Source: Eledone cirrhosa (taxonomy: Eukaryota). Taken from it: a stretch of 64,000 nucleotides of DNA. The position numbers were made by a program, and so were the translations under genes. A model generated the notes under the pieces. It searched no databases. It worked only from the letters and a program-made list of their open reading frames with translations, and was not told the origin of the DNA. The DNA lies in assembly GCA_964016885.1 (NCBI GenBank), contig OZ024742.1, positions 114,700,001-114,764,000 on the forward strand. Reading direction: 5' to 3'. The stretch's first letter is position 1. Every line of letters begins with the position of its first letter. Positions 26,744 to 45,433 of the stretch are shown here, piece by piece.

Positions 26744-29700
26744 TATAGTTATAGGAATAACCAAAGAGTGCCTAGAAATACATTGTTTTATTAGCTAACT
26801 GTGATTCATCCATACACCATGGCAGGAATCATAAGATGAGTATTACTTGAGTATATCAGTAGTTTCATGCTCCATCATGCTGCGTCACCAGAACAAGGTT
26901 AAATGACCCGCATGGGGGTCCCGAGGCTAGCGCTATATGGCAAAAGACAGAATACATGATGCACATAATGTTATAAAATGTCTTAAAAATTTTAAAATAA
27001 AAAAAAAAAAATAAAAAAAAAAATAAATAAAAAAAAATAAAAATAAAAATTAAAATAAAAAAAAATAAAAAAAATAAAATAAAATAAAAAATTACACCAA
27101 AAATGTATCACTTAGATGGTGCAATAGATGATAAAGAGGTTGGGAGAGGGTAGCAAGGGATGAGTGAGGGTATTACTCAGCATGATCAGAAACAATAATA
27201 AAATAATTAACAAATAATAAAAAAATAATAAATAATAAAAAGTACAAAAATACAGGTATAAGTAAAGAGATAAATACAAAAATACAAAACAATAAAGAAA
27301 CAAAAAGCCCGGAATCCCCCCAAAAATATATAAGACAAAGCAAAGCATAGATGCATCAAAGCACAAGCAGTGCAGCAAGATGGTGTACAGGCAGATCAAG
27401 AGAGTTTGCAAGACATGTGCGTGTGAAAAGAATAGTTGGTTAGCAGTAATGCAGCCTTACATGTATGATAGTCCATATGAGGGATAGTGTGCTCCAATTA
27501 TATCGCCTCGTAACAGGTGGATTCTCCTTATCATACCCGCACCCTACGAACCACTTCGATATGTTCCAGTTCCGAACGTTAAGTGAGATAACACTATTTT
27601 TCCAAAACTATACCCAGAGGGTTTATCACCGTAGGCAGTCTGGGATATACACTTAAAATCTACAATAAAATACAAAAGAAAGTACCACGAGTCAAAGAAA
27701 TGTATGGCACATATACAGCCGGCACAGATGTGAGGAAATTGAAAACATTCGGTCACTCAATCCAACGTGCCAGGTGAAATTCACTGTATGTCCAAGTTGG
27801 CGTTCAACCAATGTATCGCACCGCATACAACTGTACCACAGTAAATATAAATCGTGGTGGCAATCCCGTTACATATAGAGAAAGAGTGTATAAGGAAACT
27901 CCGCTTCCAGAATCACATATGGCAGAATGAGGATATAATGTTATAATAATAGACGGGTTTATTATAGTGAGTGCAAATTTCTGTAGAATATATAGATATA
28001 TATAGAAGGGACAATTCACAACCAAACCCGTCTATGACAGCTATGTTATTTATATTTCCGGCACGTGGTTTTCGTTTAGATTATTAACTCCGGAGGTTGC
28101 AATCCATTCACAGTCGGGTGTGACCCCTCCTGGGTCGGCGGGAGTTCAATATCAGTCCTAAACTTTGCCTTGAGTGTGGTTCTATAATTCATCAAAGCCG
28201 GAACACAATTCATATTCAACTAACTCCAAGTTTAAAAGATTCGTCTCTCGCCATTAACACACAACGGTATTCTGAATATAAACATAGGAAGTCGTAGTGT
28301 ACGCATGAAAGGTATGGGAGGCAATTCCCGTCATAAAGGGCGGATTCATTGGATATCCAACGCGATGCTAGGGGCGAGTTTTTTGTTTGATTCGAATCCC
28401 TCGGCGATCAACCTCCCCTTCCCCCTGGGGCTAGGTCGATTCAGCAGCGCCGAGCCCTCACGATTAGCTACCATAGTTCTTTATACTAGGTTACATCTAT
28501 TACACACCTTAGGGTTAAGGTTAACTAGACCCCGGGTGCCCAATTCACCCGCTTTATAGCTGCGGCAGGGTTTTCTGGGCTTTCGACAAACTATACTGCT
28601 GTGCTATCAGTTAGCGCGCAATGGGTGTGTTTATAAACCATACTAACATGATTAGTGTGGGTATGCGCATATATAGGGTCATGCTGTGCTAGGTATAGTG
28701 AAAAGCCATAAGTAGGTTCCACCCCAAGGTTCTTGGCTTGTGGTCCAATAAGATGAACTAGGGAAGAGAGGAAGAAAAGTAAGAGAGGGGGAGAGAGGAG
28801 AAGAGGTATTAGAGTAGTATATATGCACCTGGAGAGCAGTTATCGTCACACAGGAACCAGGATGCAGTGCGGCGTGGTTTTACGTAGGCCATACAGGACG
28901 GAGGTATGCAGGTCCTACGGCGTTAGCTAATTGGTCTAAAATAATAGAAGGATCTAAGATTTATGTCCGGGCAAGAAGAGAATATCTCCGACTTCCTATT
29001 TAGCAGGTTCAGTTTGGAGTGTATTATGGCGTGTGATTCAGAGAGACAAAGGTCACAGGTCTTTTTAGGGGGTCTGTACTGCGATGATTTAGTGATGATT
29101 CTGCAATCAAGCGTGTATTGAATATCAGTGTTCTTCAAGAGGGATATGTAACTAGCTTGGGATGTAGTATTCTTAAGTCTATCATGGCTAAATGTATAGC
29201 GATGGGAGTTGTAACTGGTCTTTAAGGGGTTCGATGTAGAACATATATATATTTTGGAGGATGTCCGACTTGTAACATCACATGCGTAGACAATATTGTT
29301 TATAAGGCATTGTCCCTTTAGGGGGCAGTCCGCCTTTCTTCTGCAGTTACATTTTTGGTGCATATGACTCTGCCGCACAGAAGATGTTTGGGTTTCCGTG
29401 CGTTCCAGATTTGCAACCGTATATCAGATGTACTGGGTGATGCCGCATCAAGTCCATCTAGTGTTTGCCGGTGTGCCGCAGCTGCAATGGTATCGAAACC
29501 CTTTCTAATTTTGTTGTTGTTTATTATGGCTAGGTGACGAGCTAGATTTGGAGTAGTGGAGAATGATAGCTTAATTGTCTTTTTATTAATGATACTATGG
29601 TATTTACTACCGGGGTGGAACGTTTTTTTCCAAGATCGAGAAGAATGCCTTTGGTATATTGGTTGATATCTTCGAGTTGTATGGTGGATTAAAGTAGCAA

Positions 29701-31211
29701 TTAGATCTTCGTCTATTTTTCTTATTGTTCGTACTAGGGGAAGAGTTGGCGCTGGGCATAGAGAACCCATATTTCGTGGTCGAGAGAACCTGCGTAGGTA
29801 ACCTTACGCGGAGGGTTTCACAGGCTTCCCTCTCTTTCCCATTGCATTTCATTTTTTTAGCTTTTATCCTTGTGTTAGTGTTATTGCAATACCGATGAGG
29901 CTTGTTAAATGGAGTCCCTTGGGGTTGGTCAGAGCTGCGCACAGTACCCATGTAGTTCCTATTTTTGTGTCCGCTTCTATTAGGCAATGCCATATTGTAT
30001 GTGATTACATTATATTTTCCGGTCCTGGTGGTTTGGGCGTTGTTATGTATGTAGTATATTTTTTCTCTAAAATCGGAATTTGCTAGTGCTTTATTTTAGT
30101 ACCTCGCATTAGACCTAAATGCATGCTCATTATGTGATAGTCTGCTAATCCTGTTAGATACCACTTTACTTATGGCATTTAGGATGGGTCTAGTGTGGTT
30201 GGAATTTGCATTCACGTATGTTAGTGTTTCATCTGGCTTGTGATAGGGTGAGAAGTACTTATTTTCCAAGTCCAGGGTTACGTCTATAAAGTTAACCGTT
30301 TTATTATTTATGTCTATCCTTACGCTAAGGTTAAAGCTTTTGAAGAATGTATGTAGTTTTTTTCTCCTCCTTTCTATATTATGTTTTTTATATACAATAG
30401 TGAACAGGGCGTCGTAACGGTATATCCCCACTCCTTTGAAATGCGGGAATGTTTTATGCAGGTCATGGAGGAGGTAAAGTCCAACCAAGTCAGTGACCTG
30501 CGCCGAATCGCTGGACCCCATTGTGACATCAAAGTTATTCAGTGTGTTCTTCCGGGTGCAAAGTTGGTCTTTGAAGAGGATGATAATTCTCCGGGCAGCA
30601 AGGATGATGTCAATTTGGTATCTAGTTAGGTCACTATTTTGCATAGCTAATATAAGGGCCTTATTTAGAAGGATGGGAGAGATCGAGGTATAGTATGATT
30701 TGATATTGAATTGGATGAACTTCAGGGACTTATGGTTATTAATGCTTGAGAACCATGTAATGAACTCCTCAGTATACCCCCATAGATCAAGGTAAATGTT
30801 ACTTCGTATAACAGGGATGACGGCGTCCAATATTTTCTTACTTATTATCCCTAAGTCAGACTTAGAGGGACTAATGAGCCTAATTGAGGGGTTACTAAGG
30901 AAGTCCTCTTTGTGATCCTTCATTTTGAACCCTGGTTGTTTAGGGGCGAAAGGCTGGGTGTACCTTTCCATGTTCAGCTTCTTAACGATTTCTAGCCCTA
31001 ACTTATTTATGTCGTCTAGGTTTCGATAGGTAGTTTTCTTATAATTTCTGTGGAGTTCCCTGTATGTGAAGTTTCTGTAAGTCTTGTAATCCAAGTTATA
31101 TATAGTTATATATATAGGCTCTGATGATTTCTGCCATGGTGTATGGAAGAATACTGTTAACTAATAAAACAATGTATTTCTAAGCAATCTTTGGTTATTC
31201 CTATAACTATA
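26744..31211 (-). mobile_element. Penelope-like element 4, 5'-truncated, ORF remnants 31094-28923, ~2.2 kb 3' tail, ~90 bp inverted termini
   Basis: IQFNIKSYY, MGSSDSAQVTDLVG, IYRYDAL, CNCRRKADCPLKGQC, CDLC; 26744-26835 is the reverse complement of 31121-31211. Confidence 0.9.
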
Positions 31212-31331
31212 ACGGCTCTGTAGTATATTAGTTATCCTACATTGAGCTACAACCACACTGTCGTACGAAGGGCAATATATATACACGTCTGGGCATAATG
31301 ATATATTTGTCAACGAAATACATATGTAACA

Positions 31332-31398
<67 letters not shown>

Positions 31399-31475
31399 AA
31401 GTTTTATTTAAATTGTTGGGTTACAACGAGTAAATATTTATAACTGATATAAAAGCACTCAACAAGTATTTGGAG

Positions 31476-31840
31476 TATATATACGATATTAAATAAATGG
31501 AAACTATATTTATAAAACCATATTTATTTCATTATATATATTTCAGGGATATCATATTAAAAATATGGTATGCCTTCTTCAGACAAAATACAATATAAAC
31601 AGTCTTATAAATAGATAGATTTGACATACCATTCAACTTCAACTTCCATTTAAAAAGTTGATTTGGTAGGAAGTTGAAGTTGAAAGGTATGTCAAATCTA
31701 TCTATTTATAAGACTGTTTATATTGTATTTTGTCTGAAGAAGGCATACCATATTTTTTATATGATATCCCTGAAATATATATAATGAAATAAATATGGTT
31801 TCATAAATATAGTTTCCATTTATTTAATATCGTATATATA
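31476..31840. repeat. ~365 bp palindrome (~170 bp arms, ~21 bp spacer) with a hammerhead motif in each arm
   Basis: arms are near-perfect reverse complements; homologous flanks at 31396-31475 and 31915-32095. Confidence 0.9.
31727..31790 (+). ncRNA. Minimal type I hammerhead ribozyme motif
   Basis: stem I attttgt/atgaaat; CTGAAGA 31734-31740; stem II agg...cct; GAAA 31772-31775; T-atat-ATA palindromic stem III and cleavage triplet. Confidence 0.7.
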
Positions 31841-31871
31841 TATATACATAATTAAATATATATATATATAC

Positions 31872-31917
<46 letters not shown>

Positions 31918-32097
31918 GTTATATTTAAATTGTTGGGATACAACAAGAAAATATTTTTATAACTGATATAGAGCACTCAACAAATTATTGGAGTATAAAT
32001 ACGATATATTAACAAATGGAAACTATATTTATAAAACCATATTTATTTCATTATACATATTTCAAGGAAACCAAGTCAAATTATGGTGCGCTTATAG

Positions 32098-32132
<35 letters not shown>

Positions 32133-32334
32133 TTGTTATACCTAGGGACCTAGAGAGGGTCATCTTGTTATAATATTGTCAGAAATAACAACTGAACACA
32201 CTCACTGTTTGGTTTGGGCTGGTTTTCGCTTCTGTATCTTTTATATCTCCATAGTTAATTTTTGGGGCAATTAATGTTTATCAATGATTGACCAACGATG
32301 AAAAAATACTGATATAAATATATATATATATATA

Positions 32335-32371
<37 letters not shown>

Positions 32372-33165
32372 TTATATTTCCGCTAGGTCAGTATTGTGTG
32401 TTTGGGTATTGCTGTTGTTGCTATTCCATTCGTTCTTTCTGTTTAACTTTGGTTTCCTTAGTTCTATCTCGGTTGCTTCTCTGATTTGCCTACCTGTTGT
32501 GTTATTTGTATACTTAGATATTATTATAATTTCCATGTTAGCTATATTACCGTCATGTCTTGCGTGTTCATATAGTACTGAACCGTTTCGTTTTGTCCTT
32601 TTAGTTCCCGGCTGTGTGTGTGTGGGGGGGGGGGGGGGGGGCGTATGTTTGTGTATAGCTAGCTACCTATAGTGAATCATTTTAGTTAACAATTCGCCAT
32701 TAGTGTCATCAGAGTTTATTTTGATACCTATATAAGAAAATTAATAAGAACAAATGACACGCAAATCACTCATGAAAATATAATGATAACAATTAACTTT
32801 TGTGAATACAGCTAAAAAATATCGTAGTCGGAGAGAAATATATTGTTGTTGGTGTTTTAGGGTTGCGAATTGTTAAATAACATGATTCGTTTAGGTAGCA
32901 TAACACGAGTAGAAACAATCTCCAGTTAATAGAAAAAGTTACATTGTTTTGTTTGTAAATAAAATATAACTATACAACAGCTCTGCAGGATACTCCTTGC
33001 ATTGTGCTCAAAATCACACATTGAATGAGTATATTACCCTCATTAATTGTATTATAATTTTGTTATTAATAATTTATATATATATACACACACTAATACA
33101 AGGCAGACAATAACGCAACAGAGTACTCAATACTTAGGTTAGAAGAGTGGGTAATAGGAAAAACT

Positions 33166-33254
33166 GTCAGGAACCCGACGGCTGAGCTCCGGCCATTTCG
33201 ACAGCTAGATCCGAACTGTCTTAACGGCCGGTGCTCAGCCGTCGGGTTCCTGAC
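33166..33254. repeat. GC-rich 89 bp hairpin
   Basis: gtcaggaacccgacggctgagc...gctcagccgtcgggttcctgac; related half copy at ~39895-39935. Confidence 0.9.
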
Positions 33255-33316
33255 TCTTTTCTTATATATACATAAGTCGATTGACTTTCGTCAAATTAGA
33301 CGATATGAAATTATAT

Positions 33317-33401
33317 AACGCATCGCCGGGTCAAAGAATCGAACTCCCAACCTCTCTTTTGCGAATCCAATTCTCTAACTACTAAGCCACCCGCCTTCAC
33401 T
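33317..33401 (-). mobile_element. tRNA-derived SINE head
   Basis: reverse complement tggcttagtagtt (A box) and gagttcgattct (B box). Confidence 0.7.
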
Positions 33402-33414
33402 ATATATGTATTCA

Positions 33415-33709
<295 letters not shown>

Positions 33710-33731
33710 ATGACTATATACATACATACAC

Positions 33732-33817
33732 AGTGAAGGCGGGTGACTAAGTTGTTAGAGTATTGGATTCGTAATCGTGAGGTTGTGAGTTCTATTCTCC
33801 GACCAGGCGATGCGCTA
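33732..33817 (+). mobile_element. tRNA-derived SINE head
   Basis: agtgaaggcgggtgactaagttgtt...gagttctattctccgaccaggcgatgcg; inverted homologue of 33317-33401. Confidence 0.7.
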
Positions 33818-34214
33818 TATACTTTAACAATCACATTATTTTACACTGCATGTCGGAATGGATTGAAGTACTGCAGATTATGCAACCTTGAATTCTTTTA
33901 CATCTCAAAATCCAAAAATAAATTAATAAATGACAGAATCGACCGATCTTTATACTGCAATCACAGACTGAAGGCTAAATTCTCTCAATATAAAATAACT
34001 TAACACTCGAACCCAGACTATAACATCGCTTTCTCGCTAACTATCTCTTCTCAATAACTACTCCCTAACTATATCCCCCACCCCCACGCAGCAAGACAAT
34101 ACCCTGATTATCATTATAAATTGATAGTTAAGTGCGATTTGTTGACTACAACTAGGGACTCCATCTTGTGGCTTTCGTCAGCTCTCTCTCTCTGTCTCTC
34201 TTTTTTCCTATCCC

Positions 34215-34260
<46 letters not shown>

Positions 34261-34558
34261 GGTCTACCTCCCTCCCTCTCCACATCTATGAACCTGCTGA
34301 CTGTGGCAATAAATACTTCCAAACTTAACACCGCTTAGGGTTGTCACTTTGAGAGTAAGCAGTATAATAAAACCCCTACCACAACATTTTGATTAAGATA
34401 TCTGTATTCTTCAAACCACACTCTCCCATTTCTCCAACCCCTACATCACTCTCTATCTCTCTCTCCCCTACTGTCCCTCTTCCTTTTCTACTCTATCTTC
34501 CCCAATAACTTCCTTTAAGAAATACAAGGGTATTTACATTTTACATTTTAACCATTCA

Positions 34559-34669
34559 GCTCTGAGGAAACGGTAGAAGCAGCATTTAAAAATAGAGTTT
34601 CTGCAAATAATTACCAGTTTGCACATAGCATGAGTAGGCTGTATAACCACTGTTGAAACATTTGTAAGC
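34559..34669 (+). ncRNA. Type I hammerhead motif with long loop II
   Basis: gct-CTGAGGA (34562)-aacggt...actgtt-GAAA (34655)-C-attt-GTA-agc. Confidence 0.6.
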
Positions 34670-34722
34670 ACTCGGATTAAATTACCTTTTTATGATGTCT
34701 GCCTGTTATTATTCATTCTTTA

Positions 34723-39888
<5,166 letters not shown>

Positions 39889-42269
39889 GGAACGAGTAGG
39901 ACCCCGACGGCTGAGCCCAAGCCGTTTCGACGGCTAATTATGTACTAAATGAAATTTTTTATCCTGGTATTTGAATAGCCGAGCTTCCCAAGGGGTAATT
40001 CCATATATGGTAAAAGTGATTGTCACAAGTATTGGTCAAAAGTTTGTTGTTGAGACATAATAATTCTATGATAGCAATTTGTGGAGGGAAGGGGTAGCTG
40101 AACCTGCCAGTAGGAGAAAGAGGGAGAGGGGTGGATGAGACCCAGTCATGCGTTGATAGTGCCGACTACAGCTGGGCATGAAGTCAGAGAAGATACTAGG
40201 GAGGCGGAGGGGGAGGAAGTCGAAACAATAAGTAGAACAATATATATATATATGTATGTATGTATGTGTGTGTACGTGTGTGTGCGTGTGTGTACGTGTG
40301 TGTAACATTAGTTCGAGGCATCATGATGTTTGAAACACTCCATATTCTTACAAGGTTGGTTTCATTTGGGTTATAATCCAGAATTATAGCTATGTGCACC
40401 ATGTAAATATATATGGTGAGGGGGAATGTGTACATATGTGTCTATGAAAATACGTCCTTTAAGAATATTATTTTCTTAAATAAAATGTTATTTTTATCGA
40501 CACCACCTAATATTTCAGAATATATAGGAAATGAGGTTCACTCTCAGTTTTAATTCACGCATTCTGATTACAGTTATTTCTTTTTTATACAATAATCAAA
40601 ATTACAGATCCCATTAATCCTTACCTTTTGAACAAACTTTCTTTGAGCAGCATATATTTTTAAACATTGTTATGGAAACATGATAGAGTATTATTGAGTA
40701 ACTTTCAACGAATTAGATGTAAAAAGTTCAAACATATGGTCGTTCTCTCTATCGTAATAAAACATATTGACATGTATTTGAGTCTTTGAGAGAGATTTAC
40801 GTGGCTGTGATCTCTGTCAGCAAAAAAAAAAAAAAGAAAAACTCATTATTTCGATGTCTTTGATCTGAATTATATTATCCATTTGATCATTTCAATTACG
40901 TTACCACCGCTATTTGTGGGTTTGTGAAAATGATTCAGAAGAGATTTTGAAATGAACGTTGGATTGTCACGGAAATGTATTCATTAATATCATTTAGATG
41001 AATATTTAGAATCCATGCTAATAACATTGTTTGAGAAAACTAATATTAAGAAATTCATAGCATTTGTCAGGGAAATTGCTATAGAGCAACTAATAAAACC
41101 ACACATATACCCCACTACCCACAAAAGATTACGAAGAGAAAATATAGCAATAAAGAATATAGAAAGAAATGGAAGGATTTAAGAGATTAAGGACTTCTCA
41201 AAAAATAATATTTCTTTGAATAATTTGCGATTCTACAAATTGTTTTCTGTCTTCGTGCAGAAAAAGAAAATATGATTGATTCAATATGTACCTCATTCAA
41301 TTTGGAATTGTTGGATTAAAGTAAATGTTCTTGGCAAAATAAAATTTAAGACATAAAGACTATAATAACCATATCATCATTCACTACTCATGGTGCTCTT
41401 ATTTTTAGTTTTATTTGCAATAAATTGAACGGGGATTTGAAACGAGAAATAATTTATTCTATTCGAACAACGTAGGAGGTATGTGTGGGAATCTTCTTAC
41501 AGTTGCTATTTTATAATCATGTTCAGCTTTCACCGATAAACCTTGCGATGAAAGATGTTCTAACCATGTTCCTCACATCCTTACAGTCAGCTCATCCCAA
41601 AATACGTTATTCGTTTGGTTCATCGTTATATGAGGGAGATTTAACATATTATTCTTCAAAATGTTGAAGATTATGCATTGTTCAAAATGTTTGACTTTTC
41701 TACTCATTGCGTAAATGTTGATGGTTTTACGAGGAGAAGAGCAATTATTGGAAGCAAATGTTTTGATGTTTATTGATGTTTTTATTTACTTTTTGACCAC
41801 CGTTCTTATATGTCAGAACATGCATATATGAAAATAAAAACCAGACATGATCATTTCATCATTATATCTGTAATTAAGACCATATTATACGTGGCGAATT
41901 GGCAAAGTCATAAGACTGTCGAATACTATGCTTTGCGGAATTCGTAACGGCTCTCTTTCCCCTGCGTTTAAAACTGTATTCATTTCCCCGCGTTCAAAGC
42001 GCTATTCATCCATCCGAGGATGAACACAAATTCTAAACACATACTGGGATCTCTTCGTCCCTATATCACTTTCTCACTATCCTTCTCTAGATGAAATCTG
42101 ATATATCCAAACCTAGAGATGTGATCGGCTCCGCCAGAAATGCAATTTGTCATACGGTGCCCTTACGAATCCCTCGGGAAGTACGAGACAGAAAAGAAAT
42201 AGAAGACTATTTTATTTAAACTACTCCTTCCTTTGAAGAGATGGGGACTACAGGGGGGTTTGAGGAAGA

Positions 42270-42450
42270 TATAGCCTCTATTTCTGGCAGATGAATCGAA
42301 CAACTACAGGCTCCTTCTATGGCTCATACAAAACGTAGTGTGTTGTTACAAATTACAAGAAGAGGTGACTCGAGTAAACCTCCACCATATTACATGTTAT
42401 GAGGTGTTGAAAGCAATTTGTCTCCTGTGTCTAGCATATCCAGTGTTTAT
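42270..42450 (-). mobile_element. Probable SINE body fragment
   Basis: reverse complement gcctgtagttgttcg...agaaatagaggctatatcttcctcaaa resembles octopus SINE tails from memory; not verified. Confidence 0.35.
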
Positions 42451-42522
42451 TCAATGGCGAAGGCATGATATTTCTGTTTTCTTTTCTTGGTCAGGGGTAA
42501 GTGCAAATAATTGAAGAAGAAG

Positions 42523-42546
42523 CAACAGCAGCAGCAGTAGCAACAA

Positions 42547-42606
<60 letters not shown>

Positions 42607-42645
42607 CAGCAGCAGCAGTATAAACAGTAGCAGTAATAGCAGTAG
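42523..42645. repeat. (AGT)n/(AGC)n trinucleotide repeat
   Basis: direct inspection. Confidence 0.95.
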
Positions 42646-44404
42646 CCACAATAGCACCAAAAACAGTAGTTGTTATTTCTGTTGATGTTTTTCGTATTTG
42701 TGGTAGAAGTTGAACTACTGGAAATAGTCTATTGCTGCCCACATTAATATTGCTTTCGTTGTTTCATTTATCTGCGGTTTTTAAAAAGTTATTTTATCAT
42801 GCTTGTCTGTGGACTTTAGAAATTTGATTTCCAATGGCATTGATTCGAATTCGCGCATACTGAGTAGTATTTTAGCAAATATTCCAGTGACGATGAGTAT
42901 AAATTTAACAAGAAAAAATTGTTTCTAAATAGCAAGGATTATAAAAAGGCAAAACCAGATAAATTCCCTCTGCACTCACATCCATCAAATTCCTTTTAAA
43001 AGGAACCTTATATTAAATTAAATACAACGTCCAAATAAAAATTACACCGGTCTCAATAATCGTCTAAGCTGATATACCATCCATCTACGTTTGAAAAATG
43101 TAGTCAGCCAGTTATCTTATCGGTTTACATTTTAAAATGTTACATTTAGGTTTAGGAGCAGTTGGAAGGGATCTTTGTGAGTAGATAAACTTCGATTATC
43201 TGGAGAAAGCGAAGGACAAAATGTGTTTTCTTTTGTGACTACACAGAACTGTTTTTTTTTTAATTACAACGAGCACAGGAACAGCTCCTTGTACACGTCG
43301 ATGCGACACCTGAATTACTATATTAACATCAGACTTTCCATATCTTCACGAAATGCACGGAAAATAAAGTTGTTCTACATTTTTTATGTTATTGATTTTA
43401 GTTTGTAGATTATGTGCCATGTGAGATTTGATATTCTAATCGATGATGAATGTATATAGTTTATACTCTATAGTTTGGTCAGTTTTATTCCTATCTTATT
43501 TTTGTATGTATATTATGTTGTTTCAAATGACTGAGAAGGATTCGTGCTATAAGCAAAATTTGATACGTTTGAAATATGATACTGAATTGAAAATATATTT
43601 TGTAGATTTATTCCATTGCTAATATTGTTTTTAATTTGAATTAAACATTATTGAAATAGAAAATACTATTTTATATATAATTCAATTATTTACATAAAAT
43701 GAAAAATATGATGATGTTCAAAAGCGCCTCATATCTCAATAAAAAAAATAGAAAACACAACACAGAGACATATGGATTTTAGGTAATTGCTAAGTTCTGT
43801 TATTTAAAAGAAGTTTTCTGTAATTACATTTTAAATAGCCAGCGTAAATCAGTAAACTACCAATAGTAATATGCCAACATATAATAAGTTTAAAATAAAA
43901 AAAAGTGCCATAGTTGAGAAAAGAGCATTAAGAAATAATGATGTTACTATGCTAATAAATTTGAATCAATCATTTTGAAAATGACATTTTAAAAATTATA
44001 AATGAACATGCAGATAAAGTTGATTAAATAATTTTATATTAATTTTAAAATTACCAGCATTGGACAAAATATAGAATACTGGATGTCGATGAGATATATA
44101 ACCATATTTCACATTATATAATGAAGTTTTCAAGTAACTGAAACCAAAATTTAGTATACATTTGATTTATACAATACAGTGTATGGGTGATTTTTGTATC
44201 TTCAAAAGATTCGCTTACTGCCTTTGATGGTGGCTATTTTCCCTCGTCTTTTTTCTGCACCCTAATCTACTCCGCTTGTTCTGCATATAATGCATATTTT
44301 GTGGCGGATAATAGACACAGATACTCGTTTTATTCTCTCTTTTCCTTTTGTAAATGGGCCTGGTGATTTTTAAGTGCCAATATGAATATGTAAAAAAGAA
44401 AATG

Positions 44405-45433
44405 TGTTCGCTCTACATGGCTGAATACAATACATGTAATCTGATTTTTTCGAATATTAATAATAACATTCGATTTGTTTGCAATTTTGAAAACAAGCCT
44501 CAATTTTATAGCCATGTCAGTAGAATGAACACTTCATTCTTGCTCTTGTGTTGGCATGCGAACAGAACTTCATGCACTAATGTTTGTGGATATCACCCTT
44601 CATCAGTACAGCTCACTGTTCACCTGTCAAACTCTCAGAGTTTGTGAAAATATTTGCTATTTTAAAAAATACACAGTGACTGATCGGCATGATTTGCATA
44701 TTAGCAAACTGGCTGATCAGTCAGATCTGCATATTAGCAGATCCACTGATAAGCCAGATTTGCATATCAGCAGACTGGCCAATCACTTTCCTGTATCCGA
44801 GCGATAAATGGCTGGCTCTGCCAAATTCAAACAAAAAAGATAATTTCGCTCTACATGGCTGAATACAATAAATGTAATCTGAGATTTAGGAATATTATTA
44901 ATAACATTCGATTCGTTTGCAATTTTGCAAACAAGCCTCAATTGTAAAGCCATGTCAGTAGAATGAACACTTCATTCTTGCAAAATTGCAAACGAATCGA
45001 ATGTTATTATTGATATTCGAAAAACTCAGATTACATTTATTGTATTCAGCCATGTAGAGCGAACACAATTTCTTTATATATATATATATTCTTTTTTTTT
45101 TGAATTTGGCAGAGCCGGGAATGTATCGCTCGTATACAGGAAACTGCCAGGCCAGTCTGCTGCTATGCAAACTGGCTGATCAGTGGATCTGCTAATATGC
45201 AAATCAGGCCGGCTAGTCACTGTGTATTTTTGAAAATACCAGATATTTTCACTAGCTCTGAGAGTTTGGCAGGTGAATAGTGATACCCAGAAACATTAGT
45301 GCCTGCAGTTCTGTTCGCATGCCAACACAAGAGCAAGAATGAAGTGTTCATTCTACTGACTGGCTATAAAATTGAGACCTGTGTGCAAAATTGCAAACGA
45401 ATCGAATGTTATTATTAATATTCGAAAAACTCA
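44405..45433. repeat. ~440 bp unit: ~1.3 tandem copies followed by ~1 inverted copy
   Basis: ttcgctctacatggctgaatacaat at ~44407 and ~44845; reverse complement at ~45038-45063; inversion point ~44980. Confidence 0.9.

Noticed and set aside
33851-34386. Solo LTR candidate (TGT...ACA with TATA and AATAAA); similar at 51082-51393
   Set aside because: No target-site duplication, second LTR or internal sequence visible
40780-41400. Possible decayed hAT transposase
   Set aside because: Only vague resemblance; no diagnostic motif or TIRs readable
44690-44780. CRISPR-like or other prokaryotic system
   Set aside because: Subrepeats lack unique spacers, no cas genes are present and the context is eukaryotic
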